In this document: in pieces, positions 9,288 to 18,676 of the stretch | How positions within the stretch are numbered: the stretch's first letter is position 1 | Layout: the number at the start of each line of letters is the position of its first letter | Assembly (NCBI GenBank): GCA_039770535.1 | Contig: JBDMYC010000182.1 | Location: 1 to 33,200, forward strand | Reading direction: 5' to 3' | Length of the DNA stretch: 33,200 bases | Origin: Flavobacteriales bacterium | GTDB taxonomy: Bacteria; Bacteroidota; Bacteroidia; Flavobacteriales_D; CAJJDF01 | Program-made: the position numbers and the translations under genes | Notes under the pieces: generated by a model | Told to the model about the DNA's origin: nothing | The model's input: only the letters and a program-made list of their open reading frames with translations | Databases searched by the model: none

Positions 9288-9299
9288 ACCTCCTTTTTT

Positions 9300-10601
9300 T
9301 TATAAATGTAAAATAAATTGTTTCAGAGAGCGATACTTCTCCCTCAATGATTTCGCTTCTTGTGGATTTTCCTTTACAAAACTATTGTATTTCCTTTTCC
9401 CTACAAATCTTAAATAAAAGATATGATATTCATATGAAAACCATCTAAAAATCACACAGGAAATAAAATACAACATCCATAAATAATTATCTGTGAACAA
9501 AGAAACAACAAGAGATTGTGCACTCCAAAATAAAAACATCAGTAAACCGCCCAAAACCATATTAATAGAGCTGTCATACTGTCTGTCTTTGATATTTTTA
9601 AGCACCATTATTTGGGGTAATATAGAAGGAATATAACTATTCAATACTCCATATAAAAAAAATGGAAACCCAAGGATGAGACCAATAGCTTGCAACATCA
9701 CATTGTGTGTATTCTTCGCAAATAAATACGGTTTTAAATCATTTTCCTCACAAATTTCATCCAGTTCCTTTGCTTTTACTTGCATATCGTCAGCAAGAGA
9801 CTGGTTTTTAACTATGAAGGAATTCAATTTTTCAGATTTTTCTTTATCCCATCTAAATCTTTCTTTAACAGTTGTTCTCTTTCTGCGGACTTTAGAAATT
9901 AAAAATTCTGACAAAAAATAATAATCAATATTACTGTAATCAAGCATTTCTCTTTTCATCCCCTCTCCAATGGTTTCAATCATTGTCCCAAAAATATCTG
10001 TGTCGGAATCCATCTCATTGCAATTCTCTATTAGTTCACTAGCATTAATTGGTTCTCCATAATTCACCAGTAAGTCTGCGGACTTGTTCCTTGTATTGGT
10101 GTAATTTAAACCAACAGGAACGATATAAATATCTTTATGATGTTCTTTGTGGGCTTGCATAACTATTCTTGCGATCCCTTTCTTCAAATTTCTCAATCTA
10201 TTTTGGGTATTATGACTACCCTCAGGAAAAATTATAATTCTGCTATTTTGCCCCAAGAGTTCACTGCACCTATTGAAGATTTGAATATTTCTCTCTTTAA
10301 AATCAGCTCCATCTCTCTCTCGGTAAATAGGCAGCATATTGAGCGAATATAGAATTTTTGCAATCTTAGGGTTTCTAAAAACAGCAGATTTTGTAAGAAA
10401 AAATATAGGCTCCCTTGAGGATGTCGCAATCACAATCGGATCTATGAGACTGTTCTGATGGTTAGCTGCAAAAATTATAGGCGTATTTTTCGGAATATTG
10501 GAGAGACCATTTGTTGCAACACGACTAAAATATCCTCGTTTGGTAAACCAAACTAGTATAAATCCCAATGTATAAGTTGGAGTCCAATTCTTAACCCTCA
10601 T
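9300..10601 (-). CDS. Lysophospholipid/glycerol-phosphate acyltransferase family protein (PlsC-like) with a C-terminal membrane domain
   Basis: 433 aa. Acyltransferase block I is FAANHQNSLIDP, block III is IIIFPEGSHN, and the C-terminal third is hydrophobic. Its stop is 12 nt upstream of the DPP-IV start, so the two are probably an operon. Confidence 0.8.
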   Translation of the reverse strand: MRVKNWTPTYTLGFILVWFTKRGYFSRVATNGLSNIPKNTPIIFAANHQNSLIDPIVIATSSREPIFFLTKSAVFRNPKIAKILYSLNMLPIYRERDGADFKERNIQIFNRCSELLGQNSRIIIFPEGSHNTQNRLRNLKKGIARIVMQAHKEHHKDIYIVPVGLNYTNTRNKSADLLVNYGEPINASELIENCNEMDSDTDIFGTMIETIGEGMKREMLDYSNIDYYFLSEFLISKVRRKRTTVKERFRWDKEKSEKLNSFIVKNQSLADDMQVKAKELDEICEENDLKPYLFAKNTHNVMLQAIGLILGFPFFLYGVLNSYIPSILPQIMVLKNIKDRQYDSSINMVLGGLLMFLFWSAQSLVVSLFTDNYLWMLYFISCVIFRWFSYEYHIFYLRFVGKRKYNSFVKENPQEAKSLREKYRSLKQFILHL

Positions 10602-10678
10602 TATTAATTTCCTTTATTTATCCCCTAATTAATTACCCTAAATATAACTTAAAAATAAAAGCTACAACCATTTAAAAC

Positions 10679-10708
10679 AAAAAAAACCGCCCCAACAAAT
10701 TGGAACGG
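10679..10708 (-). terminator. Rho-independent terminator after nqrF
   Basis: The minus-strand RNA is CCGUUCCAA-UUUG-UUGGGGCGG (9-bp stem including two G-U pairs) followed by U8 (A8 on the plus strand at 10679-10686). It lies 28 nt past the nqrF stop. Confidence 0.75.
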
Positions 10709-10735
10709 CTTTTAGCATATTAACTGATTCTGAAA

Positions 10736-12037
10736 TTACCCTCCAAAATCATCAAATCTTACATTTTCATCTGGAACTCCCCAATCGTCACACATTTTGA
10801 TAACAGCTTGGTTCATCAATGGCGGTCCACAGAAATAAAATTCAATGTCCTCGGGAGCATCATGCTTTTCTAGGTATTGTTCAATTACTGCATTGTGCAC
10901 AAATCCAGTAAATCCATCTCCTTCTTCATCTTCGATATCTTTCTTTTCTACCCAATTGTCAGATTCTAATGCATCAGACAATACCAAGTAGAATTTGAAA
11001 TTTGGAAATTCTTTTTCTAGGTCACGGAAATAATGAATGTAAAATAATTCAGCTCTACTTCTTCCTCCGTACCAATAAGTTACTTTTCTTCCCGTTTTGA
11101 TAGTCTTGAATAATTCGTACAGATGAGATCTCATTGGCGCCATTCCTGCCCCTCCACCTACGTAAAGCATTTCTGCATCAGAGTGATTAATGAAAAATTC
11201 TCCATAAGGACCTGAAATCGTCACTTTATCTCCCACTTTCTGATCAAAAATGTAGGAAGATGCAACTCCTGGATTAACTTTCATCCAACCTCCTGCTGCT
11301 CTGTCAAATGGAGGCGTAGCAATACGCACATTCAACATTATTTTTCTACCTTCTGCTGGGTAACTAGCCATAGAATAAGCTCTTACCACTTCTTCTTTGT
11401 TTTCCATTACCAAAGGCCACAATCCAAATTTCTCCCAATCTGCCTTGAATTTATCTGGCTCTCCCGGGTGGTCTTGTGGGTGTGCTTCCACATCCATGTT
11501 TTTATAGTTAATTGTACAAGCTGGTATTTTAATCTGGATGTATCCTCCAGCTTTGTAATCCATATCTTCTGGAATCTCAACAATAAATTCTTTAATAAAA
11601 GTTGCAACATTAAAGTTAGACGAAACTGTTGCTTCCCATTCTTTAATTCCAAGAATTTCTTCTTCAATTTCAATCGTCATGTTCTCTTTCACTTTCACCT
11701 GACAACCCAATCTGTGATTTGTTGCTATTTCTTTCCTTGTGAAAGAAGGTGTCTCTGTTGGAAGAATTGCACCTCCTCCCTCGTGTACCTGACAAATGCA
11801 TTGTGCACATGTTCCACCTCCTCCACATGCTGAAGGCAAGAAAATTCCTGAGTTACTTAGGGTACTTAACAAAGTATCTCCTCCATTTACTTCCAATACT
11901 CTTTCTCCACCATTGATGTTGATTGTTAGTTTTCCTGAGGGTGATAATTTTGCTTTTGCAAAAAGCAACATCAATACCAAAACAAGAATCACAAGTAAAA
12001 ATACTGCTATCGTTATTCCGACTATTTTAATATCCAT
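10736..12037 (-). CDS. nqrF: Na+-translocating NADH:quinone oxidoreductase subunit F
   Basis: 433 aa: N-terminal TM helix, 2Fe-2S ferredoxin motif SACGGGGTCAQCICQV, FAD motif RAYSMAS and NADH motif GGGAGMAPM. Confidence 0.97.
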   Translation of the reverse strand: MDIKIVGITIAVFLLVILVLVLMLLFAKAKLSPSGKLTININGGERVLEVNGGDTLLSTLSNSGIFLPSACGGGGTCAQCICQVHEGGGAILPTETPSFTRKEIATNHRLGCQVKVKENMTIEIEEEILGIKEWEATVSSNFNVATFIKEFIVEIPEDMDYKAGGYIQIKIPACTINYKNMDVEAHPQDHPGEPDKFKADWEKFGLWPLVMENKEEVVRAYSMASYPAEGRKIMLNVRIATPPFDRAAGGWMKVNPGVASSYIFDQKVGDKVTISGPYGEFFINHSDAEMLYVGGGAGMAPMRSHLYELFKTIKTGRKVTYWYGGRSRAELFYIHYFRDLEKEFPNFKFYLVLSDALESDNWVEKKDIEDEEGDGFTGFVHNAVIEQYLEKHDAPEDIEFYFCGPPLMNQAVIKMCDDWGVPDENVRFDDFGG

Positions 12038-12052
12038 AATGAGTGTTTTGTG

Positions 12053-12667
12053 TTATATGTTAAATCCTAAAAATCCTAAAAATGCTAATCCCATTAGCCC
12101 TGTCAAAATAAATGCCATTCCTACTCCTCTTAAAGGTCCTGGAACGTGAGAATATTTTATCTTTTCTCTAATAGCTGCTAATAAAACAATTGCTACAAAC
12201 CATCCGAATCCTGATCCCAATCCGTAAATTGTTGCATGACCAACTGTTGGAAAATTCTTCTGTTGCATAAACAATGAACCTCCAAGAATTGCACAGTTTA
12301 CTGCAATCAAGGGCAAGAAAATTCCCAATGCTCCATATAAAGATGGAGAAAATTTCTCTACTAACATCTCAACTAACTGCACGATAGATGCGATTACTGC
12401 AATGAACATGATGAAACTTAAGAAACTCAAATCTACATCTGCATACTCAGCACCCAACCATGCCAAAGCTCCATCTTTAAGTATGTAAGACTCCAAAAGG
12501 TAATTTACTGGAACAGTCACAACCAATACAAAGATTACTGCTAGTCCTAAACCGAAGGCTGTTTTTACTGTTTTCGATACTGCCAAGTATGAACACATTC
12601 CGAAGAAAAATGTAAATACCATGTTGTCAACAAAGGCTGCTCTGATAAATAATTTTAATAATTCCAT
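12053..12667 (-). CDS. nqrE: Na+-translocating NADH:quinone oxidoreductase subunit E
   Basis: 204-aa polytopic protein with the NqrE/RnfA signature FFFGMCSYLAVSK, in operon position between nqrD and nqrF. Confidence 0.95.
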   Translation of the reverse strand: MELLKLFIRAAFVDNMVFTFFFGMCSYLAVSKTVKTAFGLGLAVIFVLVVTVPVNYLLESYILKDGALAWLGAEYADVDLSFLSFIMFIAVIASIVQLVEMLVEKFSPSLYGALGIFLPLIAVNCAILGGSLFMQQKNFPTVGHATIYGLGSGFGWFVAIVLLAAIREKIKYSHVPGPLRGVGMAFILTGLMGLAFLGFLGFNI

Positions 12668-12694
12668 AATTTTTTTTCTAAATCTTTTCTTTTA

Positions 12695-13366
12695 CTAACT
12701 CGCGTTTTCGTCAATCAAACTTGGTGTTTTTTTCTTCTGTACCCAAATATATAAGGCTACTAAAATCAATGAAGAAGGCGGTAAAAGCATCAACCCATTG
12801 TTTTCATAACCTAAATCGTATAATCCTATCCAGTTGAATAATTCCAACTTTGGTATTCCTGGAATAGTGATACTACCGGAACCAAACAATTCTTTGAAAA
12901 AAGCTACAACAACTAAGATTAAACCATAACCTAATCCATTTCCAACTCCATCAAGGATAGAAGGACCTGGCTTATTTCCTAATGCAAAAGCTTCCAGTCT
13001 TCCCATAATAATACAATTTGTAATGATTAACCCTACGAATACTGAGAGAGATTTGGCAACATCATACACATATGCCTTCAGCACTTGATCTACAATAATT
13101 ACAAGAGCTGCAACAATAACTAACTGCACGATAATCTTGATTTTTGTAGGTATCATGTTTCTCATCAAAGAAACAATTAAGTTCCCCATTACCATGACAA
13201 ACAATACTGCTATTGACATTACAATTGCATTATCCATTTGCACTGTAACTGCAAGTGCAGAACAAATCCCCAAAACTTGAATAGTTACTGGGTTATTCAG
13301 ATTCAATGGATCTGATATTAATTTTTTATTCTTTTTCGAGAATAAAGGTTCTTTCGTTTCAGACAT
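12695..13366 (-). CDS. nqrD: Na+-translocating NADH:quinone oxidoreductase subunit D
   Basis: 223-aa polytopic protein with an NqrD/RnfE-type N-terminus (NPVTIQVLGICSALAVT), in the expected operon position. Confidence 0.95.
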   Translation of the reverse strand: MSETKEPLFSKKNKKLISDPLNLNNPVTIQVLGICSALAVTVQMDNAIVMSIAVLFVMVMGNLIVSLMRNMIPTKIKIIVQLVIVAALVIIVDQVLKAYVYDVAKSLSVFVGLIITNCIIMGRLEAFALGNKPGPSILDGVGNGLGYGLILVVVAFFKELFGSGSITIPGIPKLELFNWIGLYDLGYENNGLMLLPPSSLILVALYIWVQKKKTPSLIDENAS

Positions 13367-13392
13367 ATTTTTAGTTTTATTCTTTTAAAAAA

Positions 13393-14313
13393 TTATTTAG
13401 TTGCTAACACAGGATTTTCATCAACCATTGTGTTGATTGAATCTACATAAGTAGAATCCATAATCATTGTTGAATCTACTGATGTCTCAATTGGTTCAAT
13501 TTTGCTTGTTAAGTTATTTTTGAAATACTTAGAGTAAACGGCCAAAGAACGCTTCATCATTTCTTCCACTCCTACATGGGTGAAAGTTGCCCCACTCAAC
13601 CCTTGTACTTCGTAATTTTTTCTTTCTAGCCCAGGTTTTAAGACTTTAATTGGTCTGTACTCGTTTTCTTCATTAGTTATTACTTTACCTAAAAAATCTT
13701 TGTTGAAAATTTCTTCAGTAATTTTAGAACCAAGACCTGGTGTTTCTCCTTTGTGATCGAAAACTGAACCATTGATTGTTCTTCCATCCTCTTTCAAAGA
13801 GATATATCCCCAGATATCATCCCAAAGTCCTTTTCCACTAAAATAAGTGATGTAATATTTTTCACCTTCTTTCTCGCATACAAACATTGGGTAAGTAATT
13901 CCTTCTTCTTTCAAACCAGCTTCGTATTCAGCTCCTCCTTCAGGATACTTTTTCATCAATCCAGTCAAGTCATTGTAATACTTCCTAACATCTACATTAA
14001 AAGCATCTAAATTATCTTTTTCTTTAATTGGATCTTCATTCGTATATTTTTGCAATACATTCCCATCATAATCCAAAACGATTCTTTCGGTTATGTAGTT
14101 ATTGAACATTGCACCTGCTTCGTCTCTTGAAACTTCTGCCGTTTCCTCGATACCTATGGCTTGAAGAATATTTTGCATTTTCTCGTTTTTCACATTCTCT
14201 TGCTGAAGTGGCTTCAGAGATGAAGCGATAAATGCTAATAAACCTCCCACTACTGCAACCATAATGATTGCAAATGTTAAAGTATATCCGTTTCCTTCTT
14301 TATTTATACTCAT
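13393..14313 (-). CDS. nqrC: Na+-translocating NADH:quinone oxidoreductase subunit C (FMN-binding)
   Basis: 306 aa with one N-terminal TM helix and the covalent-FMN threonine motif LSGATFT. It carries about 40 extra C-terminal residues compared with the roughly 250-aa NqrC proteins I remember. Confidence 0.93.
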   Translation of the reverse strand: MSINKEGNGYTLTFAIIMVAVVGGLLAFIASSLKPLQQENVKNEKMQNILQAIGIEETAEVSRDEAGAMFNNYITERIVLDYDGNVLQKYTNEDPIKEKDNLDAFNVDVRKYYNDLTGLMKKYPEGGAEYEAGLKEEGITYPMFVCEKEGEKYYITYFSGKGLWDDIWGYISLKEDGRTINGSVFDHKGETPGLGSKITEEIFNKDFLGKVITNEENEYRPIKVLKPGLERKNYEVQGLSGATFTHVGVEEMMKRSLAVYSKYFKNNLTSKIEPIETSVDSTMIMDSTYVDSINTMVDENPVLATK

Positions 14314-14338
14314 TGTAATTTGTTTTAAATATTGAAAA

Positions 14339-15535
14339 TTAAGCTGTTGCTTTTGCTAATCTCTTTTCTCTTTTCTTGATGTTTGCATTCAATACCATGT
14401 GATCGATCAATGGTGCTGTTACATTTGCTATCAATATCCCAAGCATTATACCTTCTGGATAAGCTGGATTAGCAACTCGTATCAATATACCTAAGAATCC
14501 TGCTGCAAAACCATACCACCATTTACCTTTGGTTGTTTGTGATGCTGTTACTGGATCAGTAATCATAAATACCATTCCGAACATAAATCCTCCTAATAAC
14601 AGCTGATGATAAGCCGGCAATTGCATGTAAGCATTATCACCTGCAAAAATATTGAAGATAGATGCCATTACGAATCCTCCCAAAAGAAAGGAAATAACAA
14701 TTCTCCAACTTGCAACTCTTGTGATTAACAAAAATGCTAAACCTATAAGGATTGCTATAGTAGAACTTTCTCCGATTGACCCTAAATAATCTCCCGTGAG
14801 TGCTCTAGAAATTGTGATTCCATTTGTTGCAAATTCAGTGACGTTTTCATAAGCTGGATTATCAGTAGTCATAGAAGCTAACTGCCCTAGTGGTGTTGCT
14901 CCAGAATATCCATTTGCAACAGTTCCTGCTTCTTTTGCTGCTTTAAAGCCTGATGTCCAAACTGTATCACCTGACATTGAAGTTGGGTGGGCAAAGAATA
15001 AAAATGCTCTTGTTGTTAAAGCTACATTAACTACATTCATTCCTGTACCTCCAAATACTTCTTTTCCAATAATAACTCCAAAAACAACTGCTATTGCAAT
15101 CATCCAAAGTGGAGTATCAACTGGCATAATTAAAGGAATCAACATTCCAGAGACCAAATAACCCTCGTGTAGAGAATGTCCTTTTATCACTCCAAAAATA
15201 AATTCTACCAAAAGTCCGACTCCATAAGAAACAGCTACGATAGGAATTACTCTGAATGATCCATGAAGAATTTTATCCAAGAACTCAACTGATTCACCTT
15301 TCATAATAAAATGTTGATGACCTACATTCCATATTCCAAACAATAATGCTGGAACCATAGCTAAGATTACAAACATCATGGTTCTTTTCAAATCAACTGC
15401 ATCTCTAATGTGAGCACCAGATTTGGTAGTGATGTTGGGTGTAAAAAGGATGGTATCAAAAGACTCTACTACTGGGTGCCATTTGTGGCCTGCCTTTTCA
15501 TAACTTTTATCGAAAAAATTTCTTAAAAATTTCAT
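14339..15535 (-). CDS. nqrB: Na+-translocating NADH:quinone oxidoreductase subunit B
   Basis: 398-aa polytopic protein with FMN attachment motif YSGATPLG, in the expected operon position. Confidence 0.96.
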   Translation of the reverse strand: MKFLRNFFDKSYEKAGHKWHPVVESFDTILFTPNITTKSGAHIRDAVDLKRTMMFVILAMVPALLFGIWNVGHQHFIMKGESVEFLDKILHGSFRVIPIVAVSYGVGLLVEFIFGVIKGHSLHEGYLVSGMLIPLIMPVDTPLWMIAIAVVFGVIIGKEVFGGTGMNVVNVALTTRAFLFFAHPTSMSGDTVWTSGFKAAKEAGTVANGYSGATPLGQLASMTTDNPAYENVTEFATNGITISRALTGDYLGSIGESSTIAILIGLAFLLITRVASWRIVISFLLGGFVMASIFNIFAGDNAYMQLPAYHQLLLGGFMFGMVFMITDPVTASQTTKGKWWYGFAAGFLGILIRVANPAYPEGIMLGILIANVTAPLIDHMVLNANIKKREKRLAKATA

Positions 15536-15567
15536 ATTCTATTTAAGGTTTAATTACTGAATTTGAG

Positions 15568-16908
15568 TTACATACACTCTTCTTCTATTACTTTTAATCC
15601 GTCTCTAATTATTTTCTGAGAGTTTATTTTAGATGCACAAACAAATTCACATAAAGCAAAATCTTCTGGCGCTACTTCATAAATTCCTAATTTCTCCATT
15701 TTGTCAATATCATTTGTTATCACAGCCTTCAACAACTGCACAGGATAGATATCAAAAGGAAATACTGGCTCGTATTGACCTGACATTACAAAAGCTCTTT
15801 CTTCTCCATTTGTGTTTGTATCAACATCATAAGCTTTCTTAGGAATCAGACTCGACATGAATGTCTTTGAGTTTGATAACTTAGAAAATCCTGGAGCAAA
15901 CCATCCTTCGGTAAATGAAAATCTATGAAAATCTCCTTCAGGTATTACTGTTGCTTGATTTTCGTAAAATCCTAGGTAACCCTCTTTGCCAACATTCTCT
16001 CCTGTCAATAAATTTCCTGAGATGTATCGAACATTATCACCTTTTATTTTTTTGTCAATTAAATCTGACATTTTTGCTCCTGCTACTACCTTATAATAAG
16101 AAGGTGTTGTAACCTCTGAACCTGTTAATGCGATTGTTTTGGTAAAATCAATTTGACCTGAAATCATTAGAGTTCCAATTCTTGCAACATCTATAGCATT
16201 TATAGTCCATACAAACTCACCTTTATTGATAGGTCTGATTGCATGAATCTGCGTCCCTACATTACCTGCTGGGTGCTTGCTACTTATTGTATTTAAATCT
16301 ATCCCTGTGATTTCGGAGAATACACTGTTCTTCTTTGATGAGTTTTCTATTGTTACATGAACTTTACCTTCAGTAAGTTTTACTAATGCATCAAAACCTG
16401 CTTGCAATTCTGCTTGTTTGTCTTTCAACAGATATTCGTAATCTGGTGCTAAGGGCGCAGAATCAAAACCTGAAACATAAATTGCCAAGGGTGCATTGTT
16501 ATAATCTGCAACAATATCTAGAGGTCTTTGCTTGATACAAGGCCAAAGCCCACTTTTTAAAATTGTTTCCTTAACGTCTCCGCTTGCCTCAATAGTTTCG
16601 TATTGAAAAGAGCTGTCCGCTTTGATTACTACTTCAAGGATTTTTCTTTTTTCACCTCTAACAATTTCCTGTACTTCACCACTTACTGGAGAAACATAGT
16701 TAATTGCTTCACGGTATTTGTCGTGAAAGATTGGGGTTCCTACTTTTACTTTATCTCCTACTTTTACCACCATTTTAGGTGTTAAAGATGGAAAATCAGT
16801 AGGTTTTACTGAGTAATGTGATGAGTTTGAAACCTCACTTACAGTTAGTTCAGGTTTACCCTTCACTTTTAGGTCGAGACCTTTTCTTATTTTAATAGCT
16901 TTTGCCAT
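15568..16908 (-). CDS. nqrA: Na+-translocating NADH:quinone oxidoreductase subunit A
   Basis: 446-aa soluble subunit with the typical NqrA N-terminus (IKIRKGLDLKVKGKPE) and first position in the operon. Confidence 0.95.
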   Translation of the reverse strand: MAKAIKIRKGLDLKVKGKPELTVSEVSNSSHYSVKPTDFPSLTPKMVVKVGDKVKVGTPIFHDKYREAINYVSPVSGEVQEIVRGEKRKILEVVIKADSSFQYETIEASGDVKETILKSGLWPCIKQRPLDIVADYNNAPLAIYVSGFDSAPLAPDYEYLLKDKQAELQAGFDALVKLTEGKVHVTIENSSKKNSVFSEITGIDLNTISSKHPAGNVGTQIHAIRPINKGEFVWTINAIDVARIGTLMISGQIDFTKTIALTGSEVTTPSYYKVVAGAKMSDLIDKKIKGDNVRYISGNLLTGENVGKEGYLGFYENQATVIPEGDFHRFSFTEGWFAPGFSKLSNSKTFMSSLIPKKAYDVDTNTNGEERAFVMSGQYEPVFPFDIYPVQLLKAVITNDIDKMEKLGIYEVAPEDFALCEFVCASKINSQKIIRDGLKVIEEECM

Positions 16909-16934
16909 GCTGATGTAATTCTACATTTATGGCA

Positions 16935-16942
16935 CAAATTTA
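16935..16942 (-). promoter_or_regulatory. Candidate -7 box (TAnnTTTG) for the nqr operon
   Basis: The reverse strand reads TAAATTTG, 26 nt upstream of the nqrA ATG. Confidence 0.45.
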
Positions 16943-17185
16943 TAAAAAGGTTAACTTAAAAACATAAAGATTAGTGTCTTTTTTCAACATTGAGTTGGTT
17001 AATATCTTCTTTCGCACGATTTCACTAGGTTTGAGATATGAAATTATTTTCAGAACCTTGCTCGCGCACTGTAACTAATGATTGTGGATGCTTTGACAAT
17101 GGTAGAATACAAGTAATTATAGAACAAAAAAATAATTACTTTAATAGTACCTTTGCAAGGACAAGTTTTTGTTTAATCAATTACC

Positions 17186-17193
17186 TATATTTG
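17186..17193 (+). promoter_or_regulatory. Candidate -7 box (TAnnTTTG) for the CBS-like gene
   Basis: TATATTTG lies 32 nt upstream of the ATG at 17226. A second match, TACCTTTG, is at 17148-17155. Confidence 0.4.
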
Positions 17194-17225
17194 CAAAAAA
17201 TAAACATCAATCTGTACCGTACGCT

Positions 17226-18581
17226 ATGAATTACTATAACAATATACTCGAAACCATTGGAAATACTCCGCTAGTTAAATTAAACGAATTGACTAAAGAG
17301 ATTGACGCTTTGGTTCTAGCAAAAGTGGAAACAACTAATCCTGGGAATTCTGTGAAGGACCGAATGGCATTGAAAATGATTGAGGATGCTGAGAAAAACG
17401 GAAATTTAAAACCTGGCGGAACTTTGATAGAAGGTACATCTGGTAATACTGGAATGGGATTAGCATTAGCTTGCATCATCAAGGGTTACAAATTGATTTG
17501 TGTATTAAGTGACAAGCAATCTAAAGAAAAAATGGACATTTTAAGAGCTGTAGGAGCCGAAGTTGTAGTTTGTCCTACTAATGTTGAGCCAGATGATCCA
17601 AGATCGTATTATTCCGTATCGAAGAGATTAGCTGATGAAACTCCAAATAGCTGGTACGTGAACCAATACGATAATTTATCAAATAGATTGGCACATTATG
17701 AATCCACTGGACCTGAAATTTGGGAACAAACTGAAGGAAAAATAACTCATTTTGTTGTAGGTGTAGGAACTGGAGGTACAATTTCTGGAGTTGGTAAATA
17801 TTTAAAAGAAAAAAATCCAGACATCAAAATAATAGGAATTGATACATACGGATCAGTTTTCAAAAAATACCACGAAACTGGAATTTTTGACGAAGCAGAA
17901 ATATACCCTTATATTACAGAAGGAATTGGGGAAGATATCTTGCCAAAAAATGTAGACTTTGATGTAATCGACCACTTTGAAAAAGTGACTGATAAAGATG
18001 GTGCAATTATGACGCCAAGAATCGCGAAAGAAGAAGGGATTTTCGTTGGAAACTCAGCTGGATCTGCTGTAAAAGGAATTTTACAAATGAAACACATGTT
18101 CAAAAAAGGAGATGTGGTAGTTGTTTTATTTCATGATCATGGAAGTAGATATGTAGGGAAATTTTTCAATCAAGATTGGATGAGAGAAAGAGGTTTTGTA
18201 GAAAACCATGAGACCAAAGCAATTGATATTATTAGCACAGAAGGACATTTGGTTATCGTGAATCATGATGAAACCATTAGTTCTGTTGTAGAAAAAATGG
18301 CTCGATTTAGCATTTCTCAGTTCCCTGTATTTAAGGGGAAAGAAATTATTGGATCTATTAGCGAGACTAACATAATAAATCACTTATTTGACAACCCAGA
18401 TGCAAAAAGAGACTCTATCGAGGCAATTCTTTCCCCTGCATTTCCGGTAATCGACTTGCACACCAAAATGGAAGACATTTCGAAAATGATAACAAAAGAG
18501 AATGCTGCTGTTATGGTTCAAAATAAAGATCATTCCTACAGTATTATTACCAAACAAGATTTGATTAAGGCTATTTCATAA
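17226..18581 (+). CDS. PLP-dependent cysteine-synthase-fold enzyme fused to a C-terminal CBS-domain pair (cystathionine beta-synthase-like)
   Basis: The N-terminus MNYYNNILETIGNTPLVKL is typical of the CysK/CBS fold. Other motifs are the PLP lysine NPGNSVKDR, GTSGNTG and GVGTGGTISG, followed by about 120 aa of CBS-pair-like sequence. I moved the start from the track's TTG (17169) to the ATG at 17226 because the -7 box lies inside the longer ORF. Confidence 0.88.
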   Translation: MNYYNNILETIGNTPLVKLNELTKEIDALVLAKVETTNPGNSVKDRMALKMIEDAEKNGNLKPGGTLIEGTSGNTGMGLALACIIKGYKLICVLSDKQSKEKMDILRAVGAEVVVCPTNVEPDDPRSYYSVSKRLADETPNSWYVNQYDNLSNRLAHYESTGPEIWEQTEGKITHFVVGVGTGGTISGVGKYLKEKNPDIKIIGIDTYGSVFKKYHETGIFDEAEIYPYITEGIGEDILPKNVDFDVIDHFEKVTDKDGAIMTPRIAKEEGIFVGNSAGSAVKGILQMKHMFKKGDVVVVLFHDHGSRYVGKFFNQDWMRERGFVENHETKAIDIISTEGHLVIVNHDETISSVVEKMARFSISQFPVFKGKEIIGSISETNIINHLFDNPDAKRDSIEAILSPAFPVIDLHTKMEDISKMITKENAAVMVQNKDHSYSIITKQDLIKAIS

Positions 18582-18676
18582 TCGAAACTTTTTGGTTATG
18601 AGAGAGTAAAAAATAAATACAAACCCCAACTTTGGTTGCAGAAACTATTAGAAGTTATAAAAGCAAGTAGAATAAT

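Noticed and set aside
9289-9294. Perfect AGGAGG (minus strand) just before the DPP-IV ATG
   Set aside because: Only 1 nt separates it from the ATG, which is too close for a functional Shine-Dalgarno. Other genes in the window lack SD sequences, as expected for Bacteroidota, so this is likely coincidental.
17038-17229. 63-aa plus-strand ORF in the nqr/CBS-like spacer (contains several Cys)
   Set aside because: It runs through both candidate promoter boxes of the downstream gene and overlaps that gene's start out of frame. It shows no recognisable motif. It remains only as part of the low-interest note on the spacer.
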